From Naegleria gruberi (taxonomy: Eukaryota), in NCBI GenBank assembly GCA_000004985.1, contig GG738849.1: DNA of 64,000 bases. One strand, written 5' to 3'. Numbering within the stretch: position 1 is the first letter of the stretch; each line of letters opens with the position of its first letter. Below are positions 34,142 through 45,539 of the stretch, piece by piece. The notes beneath the pieces are model-generated. The model saw only the letters and a program-made list of their open reading frames with translations. It was not told the DNA's origin and made no database searches. Made by a program: the position numbers and the translations under genes.

Positions 34142-34898
34142 TCCATTATTATTTTGTTATTGTGATGAGAATTATTTGATGTTGTGAGTGGGCTTCCGGA
34201 TTGATCACTTCCCATAAAACAAGAGCTATTTACACTATTCATCATGAGTGTTGTTGATGCTGTACTGACATTTCCTGTACTACTGCTACCATTACTTTGC
34301 ATTGAGAAGGGTATTCCGGAAATATTATTTTCTTGTTGTTGCTGGTTAGGAGTTGTTTCAAATTGTTGTTGTCTATCTGATGAGTTTGTTTGTTGATTGG
34401 TTGGGGTGAGAGTGCTTCTTCGTTGTGCTCCTACTTTAATCATTCTCTTCCTTGCTGTTGATGATGTTGTAGTTGAAGCATTGTTTGGAGTAATACTCCC
34501 ACCAGAAGAATTGTTTGATTTTGAATCGTTGTTATTATTATTGTTGATGGATCCACTAACAGCAACACTGTTACCACTCCCAGAAGGGTTTAAAGGGGAG
34601 GATGTTTTGTTATTGATCATCTTGGAAATTTAAATTATCAAACAAACTCCTGGTGATGGAGTTGTTGTTGAGATTGTTTTTTGTTGTGTGATTTAAAAGA
34701 AACAAGAAACAATAACGCGAATTTTCCCAATCCTCTATCAAATTGGTCAAAGATAAAAGTACCTATTGTAAAAAGTGCTGGAAAGACTCCTTTAAGTTGT
34801 TATTTAAATATTTTGTTTGAGGAGAATAGAATTTATAGATTCGGAAAGTATTACAGATTTTTATGGATGATTAATTGATAAATAATATCAAATGATTT

Positions 34899-35322
34899 TT
34901 AAGCATGAAGGAATGAATAGGTAAAAACCCAACTCAAGATGAATAAACTCAGAGCAGGAAATAAACCTTCGGTAATGACAGTCGATGCTGAATCAATAAC
35001 ATCGTCAGAAACTCGCATAATAGTAAAAGCAACACTGTAGGCAATTAAAGAAACGGATACTCCAAAGCTTGTAAAGCCAATAAATCCGATAATTGGAATT
35101 ATACCAAAAACAATTCCACAAATGATGGCATAAATTTGTTTAATCCAAAAAATTGCTATTAATCATAATTTGATGTGATGATAAATTGATGATAAGCGAA
35201 AAATAATATTATAATATGATCAAGATGATGATAAGATTAAATTGACAATAACAAGACATACTATTTAAAACTTCTTCCTTGTCCTTCCATTCCGATTTGC
35301 TCAACAATTTTCCTAGAGACAT
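34899..35322 (-). CDS. Small two-TM membrane protein of 105 aa, EMC6 / Rab5-interacting-protein-like, in two exons. It is absent from the ORF track.
   Basis: Exon 1 is 35322..35262 ('MSLGKLLSKSEWKDKEEVLN'). The intron runs from GTATGT to TTAATAG (35261..35156). Exon 2 is 35155..34899 ('IFWIKQIYAIICGIVFGIIPIIGF...GLFPALSLFILSWVFTYSFLHA'). The two helices and the C-terminal 'GLF...W.F.Y..H' resemble EMC6. Confidence 0.4.
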
Positions 35323-35523
35323 TTTTTTAATTTTTTAATTATCAAAATTTTGATATTCAATTAATTAATTTCTGCTTTACAATAGTAATTAACACACCAT
35401 GTAAAACTAAGGTGACCAAGTTGGATAATAGAATTGTAGGAACTGCATTAGCAAATAGAACAGTCCGAAAGAAATAATAAATAATTTGAATATCTTAATT
35501 TTAGAATTTAAGAATACAAAAAA

Positions 35524-36152
35524 ATGTCCACTACAACAAACAACAGATTTCTCAATAGAAATCCTGAAAAATCGGAATACAACCAATACTGGTACTCTAA
35601 AGACACAATTGGAACATTTGTGAAAGTAATAGAGGATCATCTTAGAGAAGATCCATCAAATAGAGCGGTTTTTATGTCAACTCCATCAGTTTACTTTTCA
35701 TTGAGTGCAGATCTTCAAAAACAGGCTAAATTATTTGAGGTATGAGAGTCTCTATTTCAATGCTTAATTATCTTTTAATTGCTGTTTACTCTTTCTAGTT
35801 TGATAAAAAATGGGAAAAGGATCAAGGATTTGTTTTTTGGGATTTTAATCAACCTGAGGTATTTAGTGAAGAATTGAATGAAAGTTGTACAATTGCCCTA
35901 ATTGATCCTCCATTTATTACAAGAGAAGTTTGGGAAAAGTATGCAACATGTGCATTGAAAGTTTTGAAACCAAATGGAAAATTAATTTGTTCTACAATTT
36001 CAGAAAATGAGGTCATGATGGATGAATTATTAAAAGTTAAGCCTGTAATTTATCAACCATCCATTCCACACCTTGTTTATCAATATAATTTATATACTAA
36101 CTTTAACCATGATGCATTGAGTTGTGTAAATGATGAACTTGTAAATTATTAA
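35524..36152 (+). CDS. EEF1AKMT1: EEF1A lysine methyltransferase 1 (N6AMT2/Efm5 family, DPPF motif), in two exons
   Basis: Exon 1 is 35524..35739 (donor GTATGA) and exon 2 is 35799..36152 (acceptor CTTTCTAG). 'QYWYSKDT', 'FMSTPSVY', 'FEFDKKW', 'WDFNQP' and 'IALIDPPF' match human QFWYSQET, CVSAPSVY, FEYDKRF, YDYNNP and IVIADPPY. Confidence 0.65.
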
Positions 36153-36259
36153 ATAATTATTAAATTAAAAAATTTAAAAAGATAATTAAAATAAAAAATA
36201 AGTTTTAAAAATTTATAAATATATTTATAGTCAAAATATTTGTTAAATAAGTCTCACAA

Positions 36260-38573
36260 TTATTCATACCTCCAAACTCTTGCTCGGAAATCACCACTAC
36301 CAGTTGCAAAAAGTGGACGTTTTGGATTCAAAGAAACACTAATAACAGAATTCTTGTGACCTTGAAGCATCAAATGTAAAACATTACTACGAGGATCCCA
36401 GAATTGAACACTTCTATCCTTTGAACCACTGACCAACCATTTACCATCAGGTGAATAAGCAACACTGAGAACAAAATCTCTGTGACCAGAGAGAGAGGCG
36501 ATACAAGAAGCGGATTTGATATCCCAAATCTTTAAGGTTCTATCTAAAGAACCAGAGGCAAGTGTTTTACCATCAGGAGAGAAGGCAACACTATAAACAG
36601 AATCATCATGGCCACCATTTCCACTAAAAGCTTCAATTAAATCACCAGTAGCCATATCCCACAATCGTACAACACAATCCAATGATCCTGTAGCAACAGT
36701 TTTACCATCAGGAGAAATAGCAACACTAGTAACACCTTCACGTGGACCAATTTCTTCATTACCACATGTATGTCTACATTCACCAGATTCCATATCCCAA
36801 ATTTTAGCTTTACCATCACCACTGCCACTAACTAAAAATCTACTATCAGGAGAGAAATCAAGTGAATAAATATCTAATTCGTGTCCTTCTAATGAACGGT
36901 AAATTTGCTTTGATTCAACATCCCAAATTTTAACAGTCTTATCATCAGCACCTGCAACAAGGTATTTACTGTCAGGAGAGAAACAAACACTTCTAATGTA
37001 TGAATCTTCTTTCATACCTCCTTCAACAATATCATCATCATTTGATATCTTCTTTGGAGGTTCTTCACGTTCATCATCTTCATGTTGTACACTACTTCCG
37101 ACAGGTCCAATTGTTGAAAAGGTTCCAAATTTCTTTCCTGTATCAACATCAAAAACAATAGCTTGTTTGTTACTTCCAGTTGCCAAATATCTACCACATG
37201 AACTGAATTTAACACAACAAACAACACTTTCTTGATCTAAATTATGATACAAGCTCATATTTAAATTTGTTGTTGCTGTAACTTGTGGATTATAAACAAC
37301 AACCCAATCATTTCCTTCTTTCTTTACAACATTATCATTACTTCTCTGATCGAATAAATTAACCTGATTTGTTGTTGGGGTTGGTTGAGGAGGAGGAACA
37401 TTCCCATTTGGTTGTGCGCTTTGTAAGTTAGGATTTCCATTAGTTTGTTGTGGAGGATTATGAATCTGAGAATTATTTACTGATTTTGGTCTCTCAATGA
37501 ATGCTTGTGATGGTTGACTTACATTATTATTGACTGATGGCACCGAAGGTGTGTTATTTCCATTTTTTGGTGGTTGAATAGAAGGTAATGAAGATCCATT
37601 TGGAGGTACGTTATGCATTGGCATCAACATATCATTTGGAGGTAAAGCTTGTCCATTTACAGGTGGAAATGGGCTTGCTCGTTGTTGTTGTTGTGGTGGT
37701 TGTTTGTTGCCTTGTTGATATGAATCATGATATGGAGGTAAATGATTCATTCCACCATTTGGAGGTGGTGGATTACCACCAATAGGTGGAAGTGGAGGTG
37801 AAGAACCATTAAGTGGAGGTTGATTTAGATTGGAAGGAGGTTGACTCGACATCATGGATGGTAATGATTGTGAAGATGGTGGTAAATTTGGTGGTGGTAA
37901 TGTAGATAATCCAGGAGCATTTGTAAAGTTTTCTCTTCCCATACCGTGCATTGGAGGTGGTTGTGAGTAATTAGGTGGTGGAACTTGTCCATTTGATACA
38001 GGTGGATATCCATGTACATTATCTTGTTGTTGTTGTTGACCCAGTTGTTGTTTAAGTTCATGAATAGTAGCATTAAGTTGTTGAATACGTTCTTCATAAC
38101 TGTTGCACAAGAAAATTGTATTAATATCAACAAAACAATGTTGGAGAGTGAAAATATTTTAAAAATAAGAATTGGTGTTAATAATGACATGACATGATTA
38201 CTTACTGTTGTTTAGAGGCAGTAAAAGCATTTTCTAGATCGAAAATAGCGTTGTGCATAACTTGGAAATCTCCAAGTTGACTCTCTAATTTTCTTTCCAA
38301 TTCTTCCTTAAGATGTTTAATATTTAAATATTCTTGTTCTAATGTCAAGTAATCTTTCTTGATTTGTTCCATCCAATCAACAACTCTCTCACCTCCAACA
38401 AAAGGAACGTGGGAAGTTGGACCTCCACTTGGGTGAACTGGGTGTGATACAACAGAAGAATGTGGAGGTTGATTTACAATTTGTTGTGGACCATGTGGAT
38501 TAGCCATTGGTGGTTGGTGATGGAGGTGGCCTGGAGGTGGACCTCTTGAAGGTGGGGCATTGTGACCAAACAT
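36260..38573 (-). CDS. TUP1: Tup1/Groucho-type transcriptional corepressor. It has a Tup_N coiled coil, a Q/P-rich linker and seven WD40 repeats, in two exons.
   Basis: Exon 1 (38573..about 38226) encodes 'WMEQIKKDYLTLEQEYLNIKHLKEELERKLESQ', a Tup1 N-terminal domain. The donor is CAACA|GTAAGT and the acceptor is TGTGCAACAG near 38119. Exon 2 has a long P/Q/N tract followed by WD repeats ('GHELDIYSLDFSPDSRFLVSGSGDGKAKIWD'). Confidence 0.7.
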
Positions 38574-38990
38574 TTTACTATTAAAACAACAATCAACAAT
38601 GAAAGGAAACGATTAAACGTGTTGATGACGTTGTATTTTTTTTAAATAAAAATATATTGGAAAATATTTTAAATTAGCGATAATCGCACAATTTGAAGTT
38701 TTTGAAACAATTTTCTTCTCAATAGAAGCAATTAGATATTGATTTTAGATACAATTCAATTAAATCAAAGCATTTAGTTTATTTGGAAATTATGAAATAT
38801 CATAAAGACTTGATGTTGTTGGAAAGGAAATCAATGACTAGATTTTCTTCTTATCATACAATATCTTGTTAATAACATTCTGAGAATCACACAACTTGCT
38901 CAAAGTAGAAATCTTACTTCAAGTAGCACATCATAATGTCTTTTCATGTGAGGTGATCAATAGTACTCTTAAATTTGTCAAACTAATAGG

Positions 38991-41599
38991 TTACACATTT
39001 TCTTGAAGTCTAAATTGTAAATGTTCATACAAATCATTGGAAACTACATGAATGTCAGTTGCACTAGGACTGCCTTGTTGTTGGCTGGTAAGGAAGAATA
39101 ATACTTTATCACCATTGTTTGGAAGGATAGATGCCTTATTGAAATTCTTGATATGGAAAAATACGAGTGGAATTCTGTCAACTTCAGGCATATTTGAAGG
39201 ATGTGCCATAACGTTAATCTTACCAAATGTTTCCTTTTTGCCAATAATTTCTCCAAGACAATAGTTAAATTGAGAAATTAGTTCATCTGGTAAATCACCA
39301 AGTTCGAATAATTTTCGTGCTATTGGCTTTTCTTGTGGAGGTGAATCTGTGTCGGCCTCATAAGGACTTGGTTGTAGTAATATATTCTTTGATTCTCCTT
39401 TGATGGTACTTTGTATGGATCCAGATGCAGATGTTGATGATCCTTTAGATTTAGTTGGCTGGGTGGTAGTTGTTTTCTTCTTCTTTGATTGTCTAACTTT
39501 GAAAGTAATGTTAGTACCATGAGATTCTTTTAACTTTTTCAAATCTTCCTTTAGCTGACCGAATAATTCTGGGAAGTTTTGTGGAACGTTTTGTAATCTT
39601 TCTATAAGCTCAATATTCTGAGCGTATTCATTTCCTGAAATTGTTTGGAATTGAATCAAATCCCCCAATTGTAAGTTTTCAATTCTACATCTCAAAGAGG
39701 AAGTAGATGTGAGAATCTTTCCAAATGGCTTTTCCAATTCAATCACAATACCTATGTCATATCCAGTTTTGATAGTAAAGTCAACACGTTTGTAAAGTTG
39801 AGCTTTCTTTAATTTTTCAGTTTCTTCCAAGGCTTTATCATTAAACTTCTTTCTTTCCACAGCTTTGGCAAATTTACCTACATTAAATGTTAGAGAATTT
39901 TAAATTTTAAAATATTAAACATACCTACGCTGAGGACAACCTTAATTTCCTCTGGTTCTTGTTGTGTTGTATTTGATATTGCTTCGTTTTGTTTTGTCTC
40001 AGCTGATGTTGTAGAAGATGAACTAGTATCTGGTAAAGTACTCTGTTTTGTGGTTCTAGTCTTCTTTTGAGGAACAATGTTCTCATTGGAAGTTTGATCC
40101 TTTGTGTTATTAATTTCCTTATTGGCAGATTTCTTCTTTGATTTGGTTGTAGGTGCATTATTGACCACAGGCGCACTCAAGGTTGTAGTTTTTGGTGTCT
40201 CTGAAAGTTTTTCATAATAGGCCAGCTGTTCACCATAACCTCCACATGCTTCTGTTGGACAAGTAATACTTCTATCATTATTTCTGTTAGCTCTGTAATA
40301 CTTTAGCCAACATTCCTTGTGGAAATTGAGCTTGCACTTATTAGAACAAGTACAAATATAAAAATCATCTTTGTTTGTAATTGTTCTACCACCAGATTGG
40401 TTACAGAATAAACAAGTACCCAATTCAATAATTTCAATTTGAGGCTCATTAGAGGTGTTGGATGGTACTTCAACTTTTGGTGTTGATGTAGGTTGTTGCT
40501 CTTGCAAAAGTTGTTGTCTTTTCTGTTCCTCTCTCTGTTTCTTATTTTCTTTTCTCTTTTTAGATTCTTCTAATTTGGCCTTATATTCTTCCCATTCTTT
40601 CTTATTCTTTTCAGTATTTCTTGGAGCTCTTCGTTTAACTGTTTCAGGAATGGTGCTGCTAGTTGGGTCCTTCTGGTTCTGCATTCTTCTCATTTGAGTA
40701 GCTTGGAAAAAGTCTTCATCGTCACTATCTTCTCCACTGTGAAAAGAATCAGAATCGTCATCACTATTTGAATCATCCTCAATTAAATCAGGTAGATCAC
40801 TATCATCATCTTCCTCATCTTCATCATCCACTAAACCAGGCATGCCTTCATCACTTGTTTCTACTAGAGGAGGTAATTCATCCTCACTATCGTCCTCTTC
40901 ATTATCAGTATCCATTAGTGGTGGAGGTAGAGAGTCGTCGTCACTATTTTCGTCATTTTCATCTACATCCTCCCAATCATCTTCATTCTCTTCATCATCA
41001 GTTGTATCTACTAGAGGTGGTAATTCATCCTCTTCCGATTGTGTTTTTAGACTTGGATTGGTAATTACTTCTGGCTGGTTTTTGAGTTTTTGATCATCTT
41101 GTTTCTCCTCTTCATCATCGATATCAACTAAAGGTGGTAATTCATCCTCTGCACTATCCTTGTCTAATTTCTCTTCTTCATCCTCAGTATCCACCAATGG
41201 AGGCAAAACATCTTCTTCAGCCTTCTCCTCTTCATCATCAGTTTCCATTAGTGGAGGTAATTCATCCTCTTCCTCGTCATCAGTATCCATTAGAGGTGGC
41301 AAATCTTCACCATCGGAATGATCACCAGAATCTGTTGCTTTTGATTCACTATTTCTGGTAGTAATATTATCAGAGCTTGAAGCCTTGTTGTTACTAACTT
41401 CCTCTTTATCATCAGTATCCATAAGTGGAGGTAATTCATCCTCTTCCTCATTATCGGTATCCATCAGAGGTGGCAATTCATCTTCATTATCAGTGCCAAC
41501 CAAAGGAGGTTGGTCTGATTCTTCTTCCTCGTCCGTATCCATTAGAGGTGGTAAGTCTTCTTCCTCCTCTTCATTATCGGTATCTATCAGAGGTGGCAA
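38991..41599 (-). CDS. Highly acidic tandem-repeat protein with about 14 (D/E)ELPPL(M/V)DTD units and a PHD-like Cys/His finger, in two exons
   Basis: ORFs 39890..41599 and 38991..39860 join across GTATGT...TGTAG (39884..about 39837) in conserved frame. The repeat unit is 'EDELPPLMDTDNEEE'. The finger is 'CLFCNQ...CTCSNKCKLNFHKEC...CPTEAC'. Confidence 0.5.
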
Positions 41600-42068
41600 T
41601 TCATCCTCATCAACACTTCTCGAAGCCTAGTTTTGATTTCCGATATTTAATCACAATTAAAAAACCTACTGTATTATGTTTGTTCATTTTTTTATTTTAT
41701 TTAGGCTTGCTTTTCACAAAGAAGAAGCTAGGCTTGTAATAATGAGTATTGTGAATAAGCCTTACACTTGAAATACAATACATGTTGTCAAGATTTATGT
41801 CTTTCAAACACTTCCCTCAATGTGTGAGTTTGAATGAACCTTGTTAATGAACTTTGTACTCGGTTTCTTCCTTTCTCTTTATCACAAGTGATGAACTTGT
41901 TATTATATTTCATTAAAAAAAATAATTAGAATTGCTCTCCACGAGTAGATCAAGTCGTCGTGTATAAATCATCATCAGTATCAACATTCAAATTTTCATC
42001 ATACAACCAACAGGTTTTTTTTAAAAAGAATAGTCACATTTGTATAGTATAATAATAAAATCAGAAAA

Positions 42069-43518
42069 ATGTTACCATCATCAAGAACAGAACCTTTAAC
42101 AGAATTACAAAGAAAGGCAATTATTCCTGTTCGTTCCGATATTGCAACAAGTGCATCGGAAGATTATGAAAAGGGATGGAGAAATTTGGAACAATATGTT
42201 GATGAAGTTATTTCATTTAGTTCTAGTTATAGGTTTGTTTTGTAATTATGAATCATTTGAATTTAATTTTTCAAAATCAGTGGGCAATCAGGTGGTAGTT
42301 ATGGACCTGATAATTTGAAAGGAAAACCAAAAACATATCCAAGACATCAAAGTTCTGGAGCATCATGGTGTCCTCAAACTGTAAATTCTAATCAAGTAAG
42401 TAATGAGAACTAACAATAATAATTGAACTTTTTAATTGCAGCATGTTATTGTAAAATTCCATCATCCAGTTTATGTAAATGAAGTACACATTTATGAGAC
42501 ATCTTTTCCTGGATCTGTAGTCAAAATTTCATGTAAAGTAAAACAACAAAATGAGGAAGCAGTTGTTCCTGAAAAGAAATCATTCTTAAGAAAGGCAATA
42601 GAAAAAGTTATAGGGAAGGACGGAGAGGTATGTCACTAAATTATTTGCCATTCTCTTATTCAATTTTTTCATAATTCAATGTTGAACTCTTACAAGTGGG
42701 TTGTGTTATTTGAAAGACCTGATGCTGTATTTGTTACTGGTGCACAAGATTTTTCACCAGAACTTTCTAATAAGGGAACTTACTCTGATACTATTAGAAT
42801 TGACATGAAATTGGGTGCAAATTGGAGTGAAATTGATGCCATCAAACTTGTTGGTAAAACAAAAGTGGATTTGCCAAAAATTACTAAACTGGGAGCAATC
42901 TATAAGAAGATGTTTGATGATGCTCTCTTTACAGATTTGAACATTGTTCACAAACAATCAGGAAATACCCTCAGAGTTCACAAGTCAATTATGACTTCCC
43001 GATCAGAATATTTCAAAGTTATATGTGAAAGTGAAATGATTGAATCTAAAACCTCAATTATTGAATTTGAAGAAGATGTACCATTCAATACCTTTAAGGA
43101 TGTCGTTGAATTTATTTACAGTAATCACATTAATATTAATCAGGAAAATATTTATCAAGTATATCTTTTAGCAGATCAATTTTTAATTGGTTCTTTATCA
43201 ACTTATTGTGGAAGACTCTTCTCCACTTGGATGGATGGAGAGAATGCCTTTGAAATGGCAAGAATGGCTAAAAAGCACTGTTGCCACAAGCTCAATGAAG
43301 TGGCTTTAGAATACATTGTTGATAATTATACATTACTCTTCTTAAATCCTCAATTTGAAGATTTAGAACATGAAGATGTGATTACAATCTGTAGGAGACT
43401 TGCTGAAAGACACAACTCTAAAGATCAAGAAGCAAACCCTAAACCAAATACCAACACCAGTGAGACTGTTAGCGAGTGTACAGAAGACCCATGCTCAGAA
43501 GAGATTTGTGATGAGTAA
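42069..43518 (+). CDS. BTB/POZ plus BACK domain protein with an N-terminal galactose-binding-like (discoidin/DOC-type) beta-sandwich, in four exons
   Basis: The ATG is at 42069. Introns are GTTTGT...AATCAG (about 42234-42279), GTAAGT...TTGCAG (about 42397-42440) and GTATGT...TTACAAG (about 42629-42700). The sandwich motif is 'HVIVKFHHPVYVNEVHIYETSFPGSVVKIS'. The BTB is 'LNIVHKQSGNTLRVHKSIMTSRSEYFKVIC...'. Confidence 0.55.
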
Positions 43519-43531
43519 AGTTTGTAAATAT

Positions 43532-45306
43532 TTAACTATTAATTATCTTTTCTGAAATTGTAGAAGGACAATACAGTTTAACCATTTCAGATGAAGGACA
43601 CAACAAGTAAATCAATCCACTTGTGACCAATAACATGGACAAATCAAGAGTGTTGAAATTAACAGATCTATAAAACAAGCCAATCAACACTTGACTTGCT
43701 GCATATTCAATAATAATCAAAATCATTTGTAAAAACACAAACAGAGCAGCCACAAATATTATCATGATAGCTCTTGTAAATTTGATTTGGAATATTGACA
43801 AATTATTAGCCTTTTTCAATTGAATGAATAATTTACCACCAAATACTGAAAAACCAACAACCAAAAAGATGGTCAAAACAACTGTCAGAATGAAAAATGT
43901 CAAATTGAATATTTTTGCTATTGAGGGTAGTCCAATATAAATCAAAGGTAATACCAATAAGAGACCGAACGTGAGTAAGAATGTTGCTAGTATGATTTTC
44001 AAATACTTGTGAATGGTTATTGAATTTGCTCCAACAGAATTTTTGCTATTTGTTTGTAATAACAAGTTGACCCACATTACAAAAATACAAAATAGAGCTG
44101 AGAATAAGCACAGTAAACTGATAGCTCTAAAGAAACCAGATCCTATTCATTAGCAATGATGGTATTCAATTTTAAACTTTCCAATAGAAATTGAATAAAC
44201 TTACCGATTGACGATTTTGCCTGAAACATTCCAACAGTTGCTAAACTTAGTAAATTTTCCAAAGCAGAGAAAATCAAATGCAACATTAGAAACACAATAA
44301 TTAACCATGAAATTGAAATCACCTCTTCCAACACCGCTTTTTGAATTGGCATTAAATTATTCTTCATATTCACTTTTGCATTCTTAACATTTCTGTAAAT
44401 GGTTGGAATCACCAATGTGAAAACACAAACGACCATCAATAACAAAGTCAACACAAAGCAAATAATTGGATAAGCTCTGAAAGTGAATGGAATAAACAAT
44501 GTGGAAAAGTAGTCACACTTGAAAGCATATTGCAATTGACCACATGAACATTGCCATGGAAGAAATACGTCCTGATTCAGTAGGGAAATGCCATGAAGAA
44601 GTGGAATTTCAAGTTCTGATTCTTGATTGTAATCTAATTGATGAACTGTAGAGGCTGTGAGTGAATCTATCGTTAGAGTTTGAAAATTATTGGGTGGTTG
44701 ATTGTAATTACAAAAATTTGCACTCACAAATGTAAAGCATTGTGTAGAATTGAGTGTCGTGTGAAAAGATATAAAGTCATCTCTATTGCAGTATTGACAA
44801 TAGTTGACCAAGTAGGCCAGTTCTGCAATGACTTGTCTTGTTTTTTGACTGGACGAAACATTGTAATGTTGGAGAAGATTATTCTTTACAGTGGAACTAA
44901 TGTTATTGCTCTGTTCAAAACTCTTTCCAATAAGTTGGGGTATACTATTACAAAAAAGTGAGGAACACGAATCAATGTTATATTTTGTAAAGAGTTGATT
45001 AGTCACAACAGCACTACACAGTTCTGAATATTTCGAATCAAAGAAGGGATAAAATAGAGAGAATTGAACCGTATCCTCATATCTATAATTTACAGTTGTT
45101 TCGTTTGGAATAACGATAGAAGTACATGTGAGAAGAGAGTATTGTTGTTGTGATGATGAGGAGGAGGATGGAATGTAGATCATTGAGCAATTACTCACTC
45201 TGTTAGCTCTGGTAAGTGAAGAGTGGACGAAAGAAAGCGAAATATTAAACAAGCAGACGATCAACAAGAGAAAGCAACAAAACACAGGTGAGCAGTGTTT
45301 TTTCAT
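43532..45306 (-). CDS. 7TM receptor-like protein with a signal peptide and a Cys-rich ectodomain of about 240 aa. This is tandem paralogue A, in two exons.
   Basis: ORFs 44143..45306 and 43532..44077 join via ATC G|GTAAGT...GAATAG (about 44205..44143), giving '...IGSGFFRAISLLCLF'. I count seven hydrophobic helices in total. Confidence 0.5.
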
Positions 45307-45539
45307 TCTACTGGTATCAAATGGTTCTGTTTTTTAAAAAACTTGTTTTCTTTGTTCTTTGAAGAAGAGACAATAGATCTTGGGTTTCGCTTTGTTTATA
45401 ATGCTCAAATTTCCACTTCTTTATTTGTAAATCTAGTGTCGGATAGTTCTAAGCGGCTAGCCATATTAGTGACTGAAAGGCAGACCTTAGAAAGAATGGT
45501 TTTTATTTTAAAGTTCAAAATGGTCATGCATGGAAACAC

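Noticed and set aside
34126-34620. Low-complexity N/S/T ORF as an independent gene
   Set aside because: It overlaps the folliculin start out of frame and has no recognisable domain. It is kept only as a possible frameshifted 5' extension (see findings).
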